Shown piece by piece: positions 1 through 12,530 of a stretch of DNA of 64,000 bases. This DNA is from Bugula neritina (Eukaryota; Animalia; Bryozoa), in contig OZ037765.1 in assembly GCA_964035545.1 (NCBI GenBank), forward strand, positions 8,194,698 to 8,258,697, written 5' to 3'. The position numbers were made by a program, and so were the translations under genes. The stretch's first letter is position 1; each line of letters begins with the position of its first letter. Below the pieces are notes generated by a model that did not search any database, had not been told where the DNA came from, and worked only from the letters and a program-made list of their open reading frames with translations.

Positions 1-2815
1 ATATCTATAAAATTATAGTACAAAATAAATGTTGAAATGAATAAATATTGAAATCTTTTGAGCTCAGCCCAAGTGAATCATTTGCTAGTCTGTCGGCAGC
101 CGTTAAACGTCTGCAAAAATCAACAAGATTCTGTAAAATTATTTAGAGGAACAGAAACATGAGAGATGATCAAAATCAAATTGGTTGCAGCAAAATATAT
201 AACAAATGTCTAAAAATAGTGCTTTATTATGAAAAAGTATTCTCCCCATCATTGTCACTGCCGTCAGTCTCATCAGCTTCTTCCCCAATATAGAGCTTCT
301 TTTCAGACAATCCTTACATTGACAAACATCAGTGCATGCACTGCATTTGAGACTTCTGACATCCACATCTTGATATGTTGCAGCTGGTCTTACAGGAGCA
401 GTTTAAACTTTGCAATATACATGTTCAGGTGCGGAAGCTTGAATCATCTACTTTATATTTATGCTGCCATGATTCTCAACAATCTTTTTATGATGTTCTG
501 GGGGTGGTGCATCAATATGGGCTGTTGTCACCCTTCTCCAAATGGCTGCCTGATAATTTGCTCTTTTTACGTGCAAATTTAATTCATCTTTTGTTGGAGG
601 CAAACTCTATTAAGTTATTTTAGACGGTGAACAAAATACAGTGTATTAGACATCATCTATATTTGAATTTCCTGCTCCATAAAGCTTATAGACAAATTGT
701 TCTACTTCAGCCGCTGCAATGGCTTACAGCTTAAAATACTTCCCAAGGTTTTCAAAGCTTCCCATATATTATAGATATTTTTTCAAAAGAGAGTAGGCTG
801 TGCGCTATCCTTTTCCATAAAAAGCACTATAGTCGAACCACAACCTGTTGAAGTGTGAAATCTAGTAGGCCTAAGTGCTGCACGCAACTGCGGTCTGGAT
901 TTATTGGCTGCAATGTTGACATCCAAATACCTAATACGATTATGGTTTCCTCTCAGCGAGATGCTGTTTTTATTTTGTTACTATATATATTAATATTACC
1001 TATATAACTGATGAATTGATTGCTAAATAGCTCATATGCTAATAGCTATAGTAGCTAACATGAATTATCTAGAATAATATTCTATTATTTTTACGAATTT
1101 GTGTGGGACAAAAAGTAGTAATACATTATTAATTATAGACACTATCTTTAATGGATACTTATTACCAAAATATCTTTTCAAACAACAGGCAAGATGTATA
1201 AAATATACAAAATTAATAAGTTATTGCAAATCAAAGGAATTTATTTATGTGCTAAATAACAAGCAATTGATCCAAGTTTATTTAAATATACATATATTTC
1301 AATAATATTAAAATAAGTTGCACATGAAAATACATTTTATCAAAATAAATAACTATCGTCTAAGTAAAAAATTTAGCCTAGCCTCTATCTGGCATGACAC
1401 CATGATTACCACACCCGTGAAAAAATATAATTGGTAAGAAGGTAATGTTTTGCAAATAGCGAGACTTAGGATGAAAACATCAGTGTCTTGAGATTTGATT
1501 ATTACACGTGAGATTATGATGTTCATAAGATATTTTGCATGTAACAAAGTTTGGTATCTGCTTCCTCGTGATCTAATTGTAAGCATCTGAGTTCTGCTTT
1601 TTTAGGAATTCCACCATGTTTGAAAAATTGTAGCTGAACACAATTTTTTTGGTATGCATCAACTATAATAACAATATTGTTCTCTAAAATATTTTTACTC
1701 CATGTTTCACACAAAAATGCACCAGTCTCAAACTCAGCTTGTTTTATTCGCTGATAAGAAATTATTATTTTTGTGACAAATGGCACACATAAAAAAAGTA
1801 CATGCCTATGATCTTTGAATGAGGCAGCCCAAGATCATTTTTCTAATGGGTGGCCTAAATATAACCATATATATTATTTCAAATTATAGGGAAGCTTTAG
1901 GGTATTTCTTTTGTAAATATAACTGAGATTAATTGACTCTATACTATGCATATTTTTATACTATCAAGATAGTACAAAAATATTCATTTTAACCAATAGC
2001 ATTGTTTTAAAAACCAAATTGCTTATTTATATATAGTTCAGCCTATAAAATTTATTGGCAAAGCTCAATTGTACACATTTAAAATATTATCTTCCGGAGT
2101 CCAGATCAGCCTGCTCATGCTTTTCATTACTTTTTGTAAAAGTAGTTATTATAATAAAAATGGTGAAGAAAATCATTATTAGACGCAGATTTACTTATAA
2201 CTCGCCTTTTTTTATAGCCAATCAATAATAATGTTTGCCTTATAACTAATAAACCCATTCCTTTGCTTGTTTTAGTCCATATAATCCACTTTTTTCCAGA
2301 TTTTTTCACAAGAAACTCACTAGAATTAAACTCAGAAAAGTGAAAAACACATCTATGATCATCTGCAAAAGTTTTTGCTAGTATATATAATAAACTAGCT
2401 TCAATAATTTCAAGATAATGTTTAATGGATTTGGACAAAGTTGTGGGGAAACAACTCCTGTAACATTTTAAAGAGTTTTTGTGACTAACTGGGTGGACAG
2501 AAAAATTTAGAGTTTTATAAAACAAAAAGTGAAAAGAGTATCTATAATTATCAGCAAAATTATTTTGCTTATATAAAATAAATTAGCTTGAATAATTCTA
2601 AAATATTTAGCCGATTCACAAAAACGTTAAGAGAAAACAACTCCTGATTAATTTTAAAATTTCGAAGCGCTTTTGTGGCTAACTGGGTGCACAGAACAGT
2701 CTAGAGTTTTCACAGATTAATTAGGACCCTTCAAACTCTCTATTTCTAAAAAAATTGCGTGGCCACCCTGCGAAGTGTAATGAGTGAAAGATAATTGGAG
2801 GTTACTTCTAGACTA
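1..2815 (-). mobile_element. Decayed Academ-like (XPG/PIN-nuclease plus Cys-rich) DNA transposon, copy 1; left end lies outside the window
   Basis: Frameshifted minus-strand fragments read HEEADT, SQDTDVFILSLA, LPPTKDELNLHVKRANYQAAIW and a Cys-rich CTDVCQCKDC tail, which is the XPG-like plus Cys8 architecture of AcademX proteins. The element ends in the terminal repeat GGAGGTTACTTCTAGACTA (2797-2815) and is colinear with copy 2. Confidence 0.7.
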
Positions 2816-5800
2816 GTCTAGAAGTAACCTCCCAAAAAGTGCTCAAAAAATTGGCTTATTACACTTTACTAGGTGGCCACTCAAAAAAAGTTGTTTCTAG
2901 ATCAAAATTTTGTGCTGATTCTGAATCTACAAACTCTAGAATTCTATCTCTACCCAAACTCAAGATATTACAAAAAACAAATCGGCATTTGTGAATTGTG
3001 CAAAATAGTATCCAATTTTATCAAGCTATCTTGAAGAAAAAATATTTGTTGAAATACCAAAAATAATTGCCTCTTACTTAGAATTCTATGCTGATACTGA
3101 ATTTAAAGGCTGCAAGAGGCTATCTCAAATTATAACCACGTTGTTTATATAAACATATGTGTTTGTTATGAATCGACATATATTGCATGCGGCATAAGCA
3201 TGCAGAATAATCATGTATGACCAAGCTATTTATACAAAAATAAAAACAAAGTCATGCTGATGTGTGAAAAAACTATATTTATAAAATTATAGTACAAAAT
3301 AAATGTTGAAATGAATAAATATATTGAAATCTTTTGAGCTCAGCCCAAGTGAACCATTTGCTATATAGTCTGTGGGTAGCTGTTAAACGTCTGCAAAAAT
3401 CAACAAGATTTTGTAAAATTATTTAGAGGAACAGAAGCATGAGAGATTATCAAAATCAAATTGGTTGCAGCAAAATATATAACAAATGTCTAAAAATAGT
3501 GCTTTATTATGAAAAAGTATTCTCGTCACCATTGTCACTGCCATCAGTCTCATCAGCTTCTTCCCCAATATAGAGCTTCTTCTCAGACAATCCTTACATT
3601 GACAAACATCAGTGTATGCACTGCATTTGAGATTTCTGACATCCACATCTTGATATGTTGCAGCTGGTCTTACAGGAGCAGTTTAAACTTTGCAATATAC
3701 ATGTTCAGGTACGGAAGCTTGAATCATCCACTTTATATTTATGTTGCCATGATTCTCAACAATATTTTCATAATGTTCTGTGGGTAGTGCATCAATATAG
3801 GCTGTTGTCACCCTTCTCCAAATGGCTGCCTGATAATTTGCTCTTTTTACATGCAAATTTAATTCATCTTTTGTTGGAGGCAAACTCTATTAAGTTATTT
3901 TAGACGGTGAACGAAATACAGTGTATCAGACATTATCTATATATGGATTTCCTGCTCCATAAAGCTTATAAACAAATTGTTCTACTTCAGCCGCTGTAAT
4001 GGCTTACAGCTTAAAATACTTCCCATGCAAGGTGTTCAAAGTTTCCCATACATTATGAATATTTTCTCAAAAAAGAGTAGGCTGTGCGCTATCCTTTTTC
4101 ATAAAAAGCACTATAGTCGAATAAAAACCTGTTAAAGCATGAAATCTAGTAAGTGCTGCTCACAACTGCGGTCTGGATTTATTTGCTGCAATGTTGACAT
4201 CCAAATACTTAATATGATTATGGTTTCCTCCCAGCGAGACACTGTTTTTATTTTGTTACCATATATATTAATATTACCTATATAACTGATGAATTGATTG
4301 CTAATATGCTAATAGCTATATGTAGCTAATACATATACTAATACTAATACTAATACTAATATAGTAATACAATTAATAATAGACACTATCTTTAATGGAT
4401 ACTTATTAGCAAAATATATTTTCAAACAACAGGCAAGATGTATAAAATAATATACAAAATTAATAAGTTAATGCAAATCAAAAGAATTTATTTATGTGCT
4501 AAATAACAAGCAATTGATCCAAGTTTATTTAAATATACATATATTTCAATAATATTAAAATAAGTTGCACATGAAAATACATTTTACCAAAATAAATAAC
4601 TAGCGTCTAAGTAGGAAATTTAGTTTAGCCTTTATCTGGCATGACACCATGATTACCACACCAGTGAAAAAAAAAAATTGGTAAGAAGGTAATGTTTTGC
4701 AAATAGCGAGACTTAGGATGAAAGATTGAGATTTGATTATTACACGTGAGATTGTGATGTTCATAAGATATTTTGCATGTAACAAAGTTTGTGTAGATCT
4801 GCTTTCTCATGATCTAATTGTAAGCATTTGAGTTGTGCTTTCTTAGGAATTCCACCATGTTTGGTAAAATTGTAGCGAACGAAATGTTTTTTGGTATGCA
4901 TCAACTATAATAACAATATTGTTCTCTAAAATATTTTTGCTCCATGTTTCACATAAAAATGCACCAGTCTCAAACTCAGCTTATTTTATTTGCTAATAAG
5001 AAATTATTATTTTTGTAACAAATGGCACACATGAAAAAAGTACATGCCTATGATCTTTGAATGAGGCAGCCCAAGATCATTTTTCTAATGGGTGGTCTAA
5101 ATATAGCCATATACGGTATATTAAACATTATAGGAAGGCGTTAGGGTATTTCTTCTGTAACTATAACTGAGATAAATTGGCTCTATAGTCATTATATCAA
5201 GATAGTATAAAAATATGCATTTTAACCAATAGCATTGTTTTAAAAACCAAATTGCTTATGTATATATATATAGTTCAGCCTAAATTTATTAGCAAAGCTC
5301 AATTGTACACATTTAAAATATTATCTTCCGGAGTCCAGATCAACCAGCTCATGCTTCTCATTACTTTTTTGTAAAAGTAGTTATTATATAATAAAAATGG
5401 TGAAGAAAATCATTATCAGACACATATTTACTTATAATTCGCCTTTTTTATAGCTGATCAATAATAATGTTTGCCTTATAACTAATAAACCCATTCCTTT
5501 GCTTGTTTTCGTCCAAATAATCCACTTTTTCCAGATTTTTTCACAAGAAAATCACTAGAAATAAACTCAGGGAAGTGAAAAACACATCTATGATTATCTG
5601 CAAAAGTTTTTGCTTGTATATATAATAAACTAGCTTCAATAATTTCAAGATAATATTTAATGGATTTGGACAAAGTTGTGGGGAAACAACTCCTGTAACA
5701 TTTAAAAGAGTTTTTGTGACTAACCGGGTGAACAGAAAAATTTAGAGTTTTTATAAAAGAAAAGTAAAAAATTATCAATAATTATTAGCAAATTTATTTT

Positions 5801-6048
5801 GCTTATATAAAATAAATTAGCTTGAATAATTCTAAAATATTTAGCCGATTCACAAAACGTTAAGATAAAACAACTCCTGAATAATTTTAAAAGTTTGAAG
5901 CGCTTTTGTGGCTAACTGGGTGCACAGAACAGTCTAGAGTTTTCACAGATTAATTAGGACCCTTCAAACTTTCTATTTCTAAAAGAACTGGGTGGCCACC
6001 CCTCGAAGTGTAATGAGTGAAAGATAATTGGAGGTTACTTCTAGACTA
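2814..6048 (-). mobile_element. Decayed Academ-like non-autonomous DNA transposon, copy 2, with both termini (about 3.2 kb)
   Basis: 19-bp perfect TIRs: TAGTCTAGAAGTAACCTCC at 2814-2832 and its reverse complement at 6030-6048. A subterminal ATTACACTT...GGTGGCCAC motif is shared by both ends. It carries the same transposase remnants as copy 1 (ORF fragments 3419-3646, 3683-3883, 4600-4785). Confidence 0.72.
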
Positions 6049-6692
6049 AATGCTTTATTGGCCAACTATAAATAATAGAACAAACCAGCAGGTCTATTAC
6101 TCTGTATTCTAAACAAGCTACGGTGTCTTTCAACAACTAACACATTTCTATACCATTGGGAAGCTTGATATTCACAGAGTTTACCTAGCACGGAGAAAAA
6201 TATACTTATGCATTGGAAAACTGAATCCCAATACACTGGAGGGTAAAACCAGTCTGTGACAACATAATGCCAAAATACTACATTTTCAGACATTTTGTCT
6301 AAACTCTAGAAGTACATAATATTTCACAGCTTACAAAACGTAGTGTTGTTTGAAATTTAAATGAAAATTACAGCATTTAAGAGATATAGAAATTGTCAGA
6401 TGGCATAACACCTTAAAACAAGCATTTGACAATATTCAATGTACTCAACTTCACCTATCATTTGTACGACATATCACACATCATGAGAAATGCAGGTCAA
6501 TAGGCATTTCCAGTGATGGTTGAACTGGCATATTAATGATATTGCTCTCTCACACAGTGTACAGTTTTTCACTGAGACTAAAGTGAGTATTGATTGATGA
6601 GTATAACTTAATTATGTGCCCTAGTTTAGGTAATTAATGGCAGTACACAAAGGGAGCTAGGCACAGCTGCTGCATTATAGTAATGTACATAC

Positions 6693-9600
6693 TTGACTAT
6701 ATGTGCCCTGGCAGAAAGTAGGGTGCTCCATACCATATCGTTCATCATATTCTCTAATAAACTTTTCAACATCAGCTGTGGGGTCTGTGAGTCCTAAAAA
6801 AGAAGCATAAGAAGGTTACAGCTTACGTCCCAGACCAGTGTCCCAGACCAGTGTTTCATAGAGTGTTGTTTCATAAGTGAGCACTAGTGACCTTTGTGTA
6901 ACCCTACACATTTTTAGAATAATCGCCATACAATTTGAAGACAATTGGTATTGAAAAACCTTAAATATGATATCAATTATTAATGAAAGGCGGTGCAAGA
7001 TTGCCCTGTGCTCAAGGATTGCCCTGTGCTCAAGGCAAGGCCAGGTAATTGTATGTCCAAGAAAATTAGCCAAGATTAAGCCTTTCAGTTATTCATCCAT
7101 AATGATTGCTGCTATATGAAATATCATACTTGGCAGCATATATTGTCAGCATTAAAAATAGCAGCAAAAAGATTTTAAACACTTGATGAAAAATATTAGG
7201 TGATCAGATGAGTCTGAAAGTTCCCATTGTTTCATTAAGCAAACAAATCTGTCATTCAACTAATGACAGATTAATCAATTGAATTGGCTGTTTTCTCTCA
7301 TTCTATTAATGAAAACAATGCATTTCTGTAAGCAGGACAAAGATTAGCAATTATGGCAGCAAACAGCTACAAATTGTAAACAATAGTTATAAGCATCTCT
7401 CGCAACTTTGGACTGGGGTTCAGTTCAATTTATAACAAGATTCTTATCATTATATCCTAGCTGCTATTATTTGAGATATATGGAGCACTTTGAATCCACA
7501 AGGTGTTTTGAAGCCTAAAATAAATTGGCAGACATTTTCATTTTAAAAATTGCTAAGCCTTTGTTTATATGCACTATAAAATTGCTTGAGCTGCAATTAA
7601 TTGGTAAACTTTTTAAATTTAAAAAATCTGAGCTAAAAAATTGAACTTAGCAAAACATTGCAGAGAGAGTGGAGTGAATAAAGAATTTTTACTAAAACTG
7701 AGCAAATGTTGACCAAGTTTGTTTAAATTATGAGGTAACAGCAGTATTCCTATCAATGAATTAAAACTCTTTGGAGTTATCCTTCAATGTTTCTTATAAC
7801 AGTTACTGATAGTGCTGGCTGATTTATTTGGAATTGCTTTTTAGAGAGGAGAAAACTTCACACAAGAAGACCATAGGATTTGTCTAAGCCTAGGGCCACA
7901 CTGTGCGTATTTTCGCATGCGAAAATTGAAATCACAAGTAGCAAAGGTGTCCACTGTACGCGTTGAGAAAACATTCCCACTTGTAGCTCAGCATTCTCCG
8001 TCGTCGTCACCTAATTGGCTGGTAGTTATTCAGCGAGCCCAATTTCTTTATTTTAGTGCTACATTCCAGTAAATTGCGTTTTATTGAAAGCGAGTGCGAT
8101 TTAAAAATGAAAGCTTTATTTATCACTCATCACACGCATCATTGACGCTACAGTGGACACCTTTGCTACTTGTGGTTTCAATTTTCGAAAATACGCACAG
8201 TGTGGCCCTAGGCTTAGGCTGCAAGCTGAATGAACTTCTATTAAACATTGGAAATGTAGTGATTAACAATAAGATAGCCTCAGTTTAAGCAAGTAAAGAC
8301 GTATTCCCATTAATAAAAAAAACTCATGCTTGTTTTTATGTTTCCATCTGTGTGAAAACCCATGGTGGTAAGGTTTTTTTAACTGGCAAAGAACTTGTTT
8401 CTTTTGTGGCAAAAAAGCAGTATGCCCTTCGTATGTCACATATTCAACTACTGTGCTCTAACCACTAGACCATCGATGCTTTATCGTACTCTAATTAATT
8501 TACCTTAATTTGTAAACTAAAGGTAACAAAATTGGCAAGAAAAAAAATGCTATTTTCCAATCGCTGCAAGCTAAACTTTAGAGAATCAATATTTCACCAA
8601 CCTCACACTAGAATATTATTCAGGGCAAAAAAATACAAAAAAGTTTGGGTGTTAAGAACTCACTTCTTCTAGGGTCCGGCCTGAATAATCCCACTACAAA
8701 ATATAAAACACAGAATTATTATTATAACTTCAAAAATATTAATTTATTACCAAAAGATACTATGCTGGGCAACTTACATTTTAACCAAGTTTTAGTTTTG
8801 AGCATCATACGGTAAAAACTAACTGTAGATAAATTAGAAAATGTTTGAAGCAACATTTTTTTACCATTGTGTCCCATATATATAATTTTAATAGATAATT
8901 AATAATCAACATTATACAATAACTAATGAGTAACTTGTAGTGACTACCATTTGATAAGAATAATTAACTTATTTTTATCTGAAAAAATATTTTTAAAAAT
9001 AATCCTTAAAAAATTTGCTAAGAAGTTGGAAAAACCCTTTACAAAACTATTTTAATACACAAACATTTCAAGAAATTCTATTATAATTTATTATAAATTG
9101 TTCCACAGTGAAAGCGAAATTTTTGTTGCAACTACAATTACTATATTATAGCAGATAAGTGACAATTAATCAGCTTTTTACTTAAATTATCAAATTTTTA
9201 ATTTCTGCTAGTATTTTTGCAAGTGTTTTATCAAATATCTAAAGATTTGTCAATGATGATTTTAAACATATTTAATGACAATAAAGCATATATTAGACTT
9301 AAGTTGTTTAATTATTGAAAATTTAATTTCACAATTTTAGTAACCCATGAGAGGTAGTTTGGACCTAGTAAAGTTGATTGGGTACATAGAAACAGTAAAG
9401 AACAGCATCTAGGAAATATGAATGTTTCAATTTATGAATTATCTGCCCATTTACTATTAAAGAAGAAAACAGCTTTGACCAGATAAACAGCTTTAATTCA
9501 AACAAAACACTTACCTAAAAATCTGAATATATCATAGATAGAGGAATACACAAATCTAAAGGGCAGGTATAGCAACTGAAGGCCCCATGTAGTCATGCTC

Positions 9601-11162
9601 CATCTTTCATCGGCATGAGCAACACGCCGAAACACCCTTAAAGTATAATTCAGAAATCAGTTGTACAATACAAACCATTGCACCATAAATTCACTTACGC
9701 TAATAATTTTAGGAATTTAAAATAAGACAAAGAATATTCAAGTAGAAGAAAGACTTACCTCTGCTGAGATCTGTTGTCAACTGTGGGAGTTGGTGCGGGA
9801 ATACGTCTTCTCACTTCAGGCTGGTCAGGTGGAGGTAAAGGTTGCTCATCATAGACTCCAGATACGCCCTCTCTTTCGTTGAATGTGTCCTGCACTGCTC
9901 TCTACACAAAAAGTATGAGTTGGATTTACCACACTTTTTATCAAATTCTAATCTTTAACTTACTTTAGTTGAGTTATATAACCACCAGTAGCTCTGGGAA
10001 ATGCTACCTTTATCATTACTTTGTTGATGGCTATGCCTCTTGCTACCAACAAAATATGTCACTTTTGAAAAATAGAACAAAAGCAATTTGTTTTTCTTTA
10101 AATGCAAATAAAAAGATCACGTAATGACAAGGAATACGGAAGGACATACAACAGCTGAAAAATTTAACTAGGCCAATTTAAAATAGTAAAACAAAAAATT
10201 ATTGATGGTTCACCTCCAAATCCCAGAAATGATTTTCTAGTTTTTGACGACATTCTTCTAAATCTTCAATGCCAGTTAGTTCCTAAAACGAAAATATGCA
10301 TAATATTAAATGCAGGTTCAACAGTCCAACAATAAAACTTCTTTGTCTTTATTTCATGCATTGCAACATTGAGCATTGTATATTAGCTTCTCAGTTCGAC
10401 TAACAAAAATGGCAAGAAGCAACAGAAAAAATATTAAATTAATAGCAACAATTTTATATTCACAACAGTTTTATCTTTTTTATTATCAATTATTGACATT
10501 AAACAATAACGTTAATAAAAACTTGACACCTTAACACTTAAATTAAATAATTATATATATAAGCAGTAAGTATAATACAGGTTATTGTTAATTCAATGTT
10601 TATATTTGTCTTTATAAACTATTGAATGAATGAATCAATCAATAAAATCTAATTTAAATATAAATTTTTACTATAAATTATATAAGCTAGTCAAGAACAA
10701 TTTACAAGTTAAGTCCATTAGTTGGACAAGTTATGTCAAAGCTGGGTGAATTAGTCAACGAATTTAGAACACTAAAGTCAACTAATATTTTTATTCAGGT
10801 GCTACCATAGCTGTTACCATGAATATAAATATCAATATGCCCACGGTACCTAACCGAACTAAATACACATACACATATTAGGTCAATTAGTCACTCTATA
10901 TTCACATCGACTTATTTAGAATTTTAAAGCAATAAAATGAAGATGGTTATGACAATAGTAACTCATCAACTCATCAATAACTATTAAATCACTTTCACTC
11001 AAACTTAAATCACACAAAAGAAACTCAAATTATAGTATATACCTGAAACTGGTTAATCTTGGCTACTTCTTCTCCATCTCTATTTTCACTTTCAGAATTT
11101 AAAGTTGCGTTTCCTTGCAAATCATGCCGACCTTCATCACCATTTTCTCCAGCACTAGCCAT
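6693..11162 (-). CDS. FAF2: FAS-associated factor 2 / UBXD8, first six coding exons; gene continues beyond the left edge
   Basis: Exons 11162-11043, 10282-10214, 9901-9759, 9636-9515, 8693-8664 and 6793-6693 have GT-AG boundaries and compatible phases. Translation includes KINQFQELTGIEDLEECRQKLENHFWDLERAVQD (UBA-like), LPFRFVYSSIYDIFRF (hairpin membrane anchor) and RPDPRRRLTDPTADVEKFIREYDERYGMEHPTFCQGTYSQ, matching FAF2. The UAS and UBX exons are not in the window. Confidence 0.93.
7887..8214. mobile_element. MITE with about 70-bp terminal inverted repeats (Harbinger/PIF-like termini) in a FAF2 intron
   Basis: The left arm AGCCTAGGGCCACACTGTGCGTATTTTCG..AAAATTGAAATCACAAGTAGCAAAGGTGTCCACTGTA is mirrored at the right end with one 6-nt indel. 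It is flanked by TA on both sides, so the exact TSD is ambiguous. Confidence 0.8.
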
Positions 11163-12015
11163 TATGGTGTACACTGATAATCACCATCATAATAGTAACA
11201 GCAAAATATATTAATACTAATACACTTATTACCACATTGCATATATACCAATTAATATTATATTCATAATAAAATATTTTAACTAAGGTAACCACACTAA
11301 TACTATAACTAATATATATGTATATGCAACGATTAAAAGTTAAAAGATGGAGTACAATTATTACTCTCACCCTTAGTAGAGTAATACTAATACCATGCAG
11401 ATTGTCACCAAATGAGACAGTTTTAAATGCCATCTGGCTCTTGCGTTAGTTTTTGGCTCTGCCTCATCACAACTGCTTATTATTATGATTATCATTATAA
11501 ATATATATAGATATATTGATAATATTATTACCATTATGATTAGCTTCATGGATGTACTTAATTTTATTTGTTTTATTATTTAATTTTATTGAAAAATATT
11601 TTAATAGCTACTGCTAGTAAAATAGTATTAGTACAAGGCTGTAAGTATTACATTTGCTATTAGTCTTAGACATTCACATTATGATTAGACTTATTATTAG
11701 TTGTATTTAGTATTACTTTATTACAACATTATAAACAATAATTATAATAGTAATACTCACTATTAGTACTACCATTATAATTATAGTAATAGTAATTATA
11801 ATGGTAATACTAATACGAATACGGAATAGTGAGTATTACTATTACTATTCGGATTAGTACTACTGCTGTGATTATTATATTTGTAATTAGTATTACGAAT
11901 TATTAGTAATTGTAAACTCTAAGTCAAACGGAAACTGTGATATAAAAGTTGAAATGATTACTGTTATGACTTATGAAAAGGTGTAGCCTTAGGTGCAAGA
12001 CTAAGTATCAGTCTT

Positions 12016-12530
12016 CAGTACCAGTCGTTTCGTACACCTGTCGTTTCATATACAAGTGGCCATTTCGTTCACAAACTGCTATCCATTTCGTACCCAAAAT
12101 CAAAAATAAATTAATCCACTGGATAATCACTTGAAAGTCAAATAATACTGGTTTACTTATTTATTGCATCCCATGTCGCCTAATGATCAATGTTTTATAT
12201 TAATCTATTGTATATTATGATAAAACTAAATGGGTTATTATTTATTTTTATGATTATAAATCATTATATTTATCAAATACAATTTATTGAACATGCTATG
12301 TTTTTAATTTTATTTTGATCAATGCTAATGTTTATATTAATCTATTATTGCTGTACTACTTATACATCAAATAACAAATAAATATCATAAAATATGTATT
12401 TTATTTAATTTATACTGATGTGTACGAAATGGCCCGAAAAAGTAGGTACAAAACAGCCCGAAAAAGTGGGTACGAAACGGCCCGAATAAGTGGGTACGAA
12501 AGGACTTATGTACGAAATGACTTGCACCCG
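12016..12530. mobile_element. Foldback-type non-autonomous element with modular subterminal repeats
   Basis: The left end has repeated CGTTTCGTAC-like units. The right end has the inverse units, including a 24-bp tandem repeat GTACGAAACGGCCCGAAAAAGTGG at about 3.5 copies (12422-12503). The core is AT-rich and no clear TSD is visible. Confidence 0.65.

Noticed and set aside
229-3903. Plus-strand ORFs 229-582, 375-623, 3509-3787 and 3655-3903
   Set aside because: They are antisense shadows of the decayed transposase. The recognisable motifs are on the minus strand.
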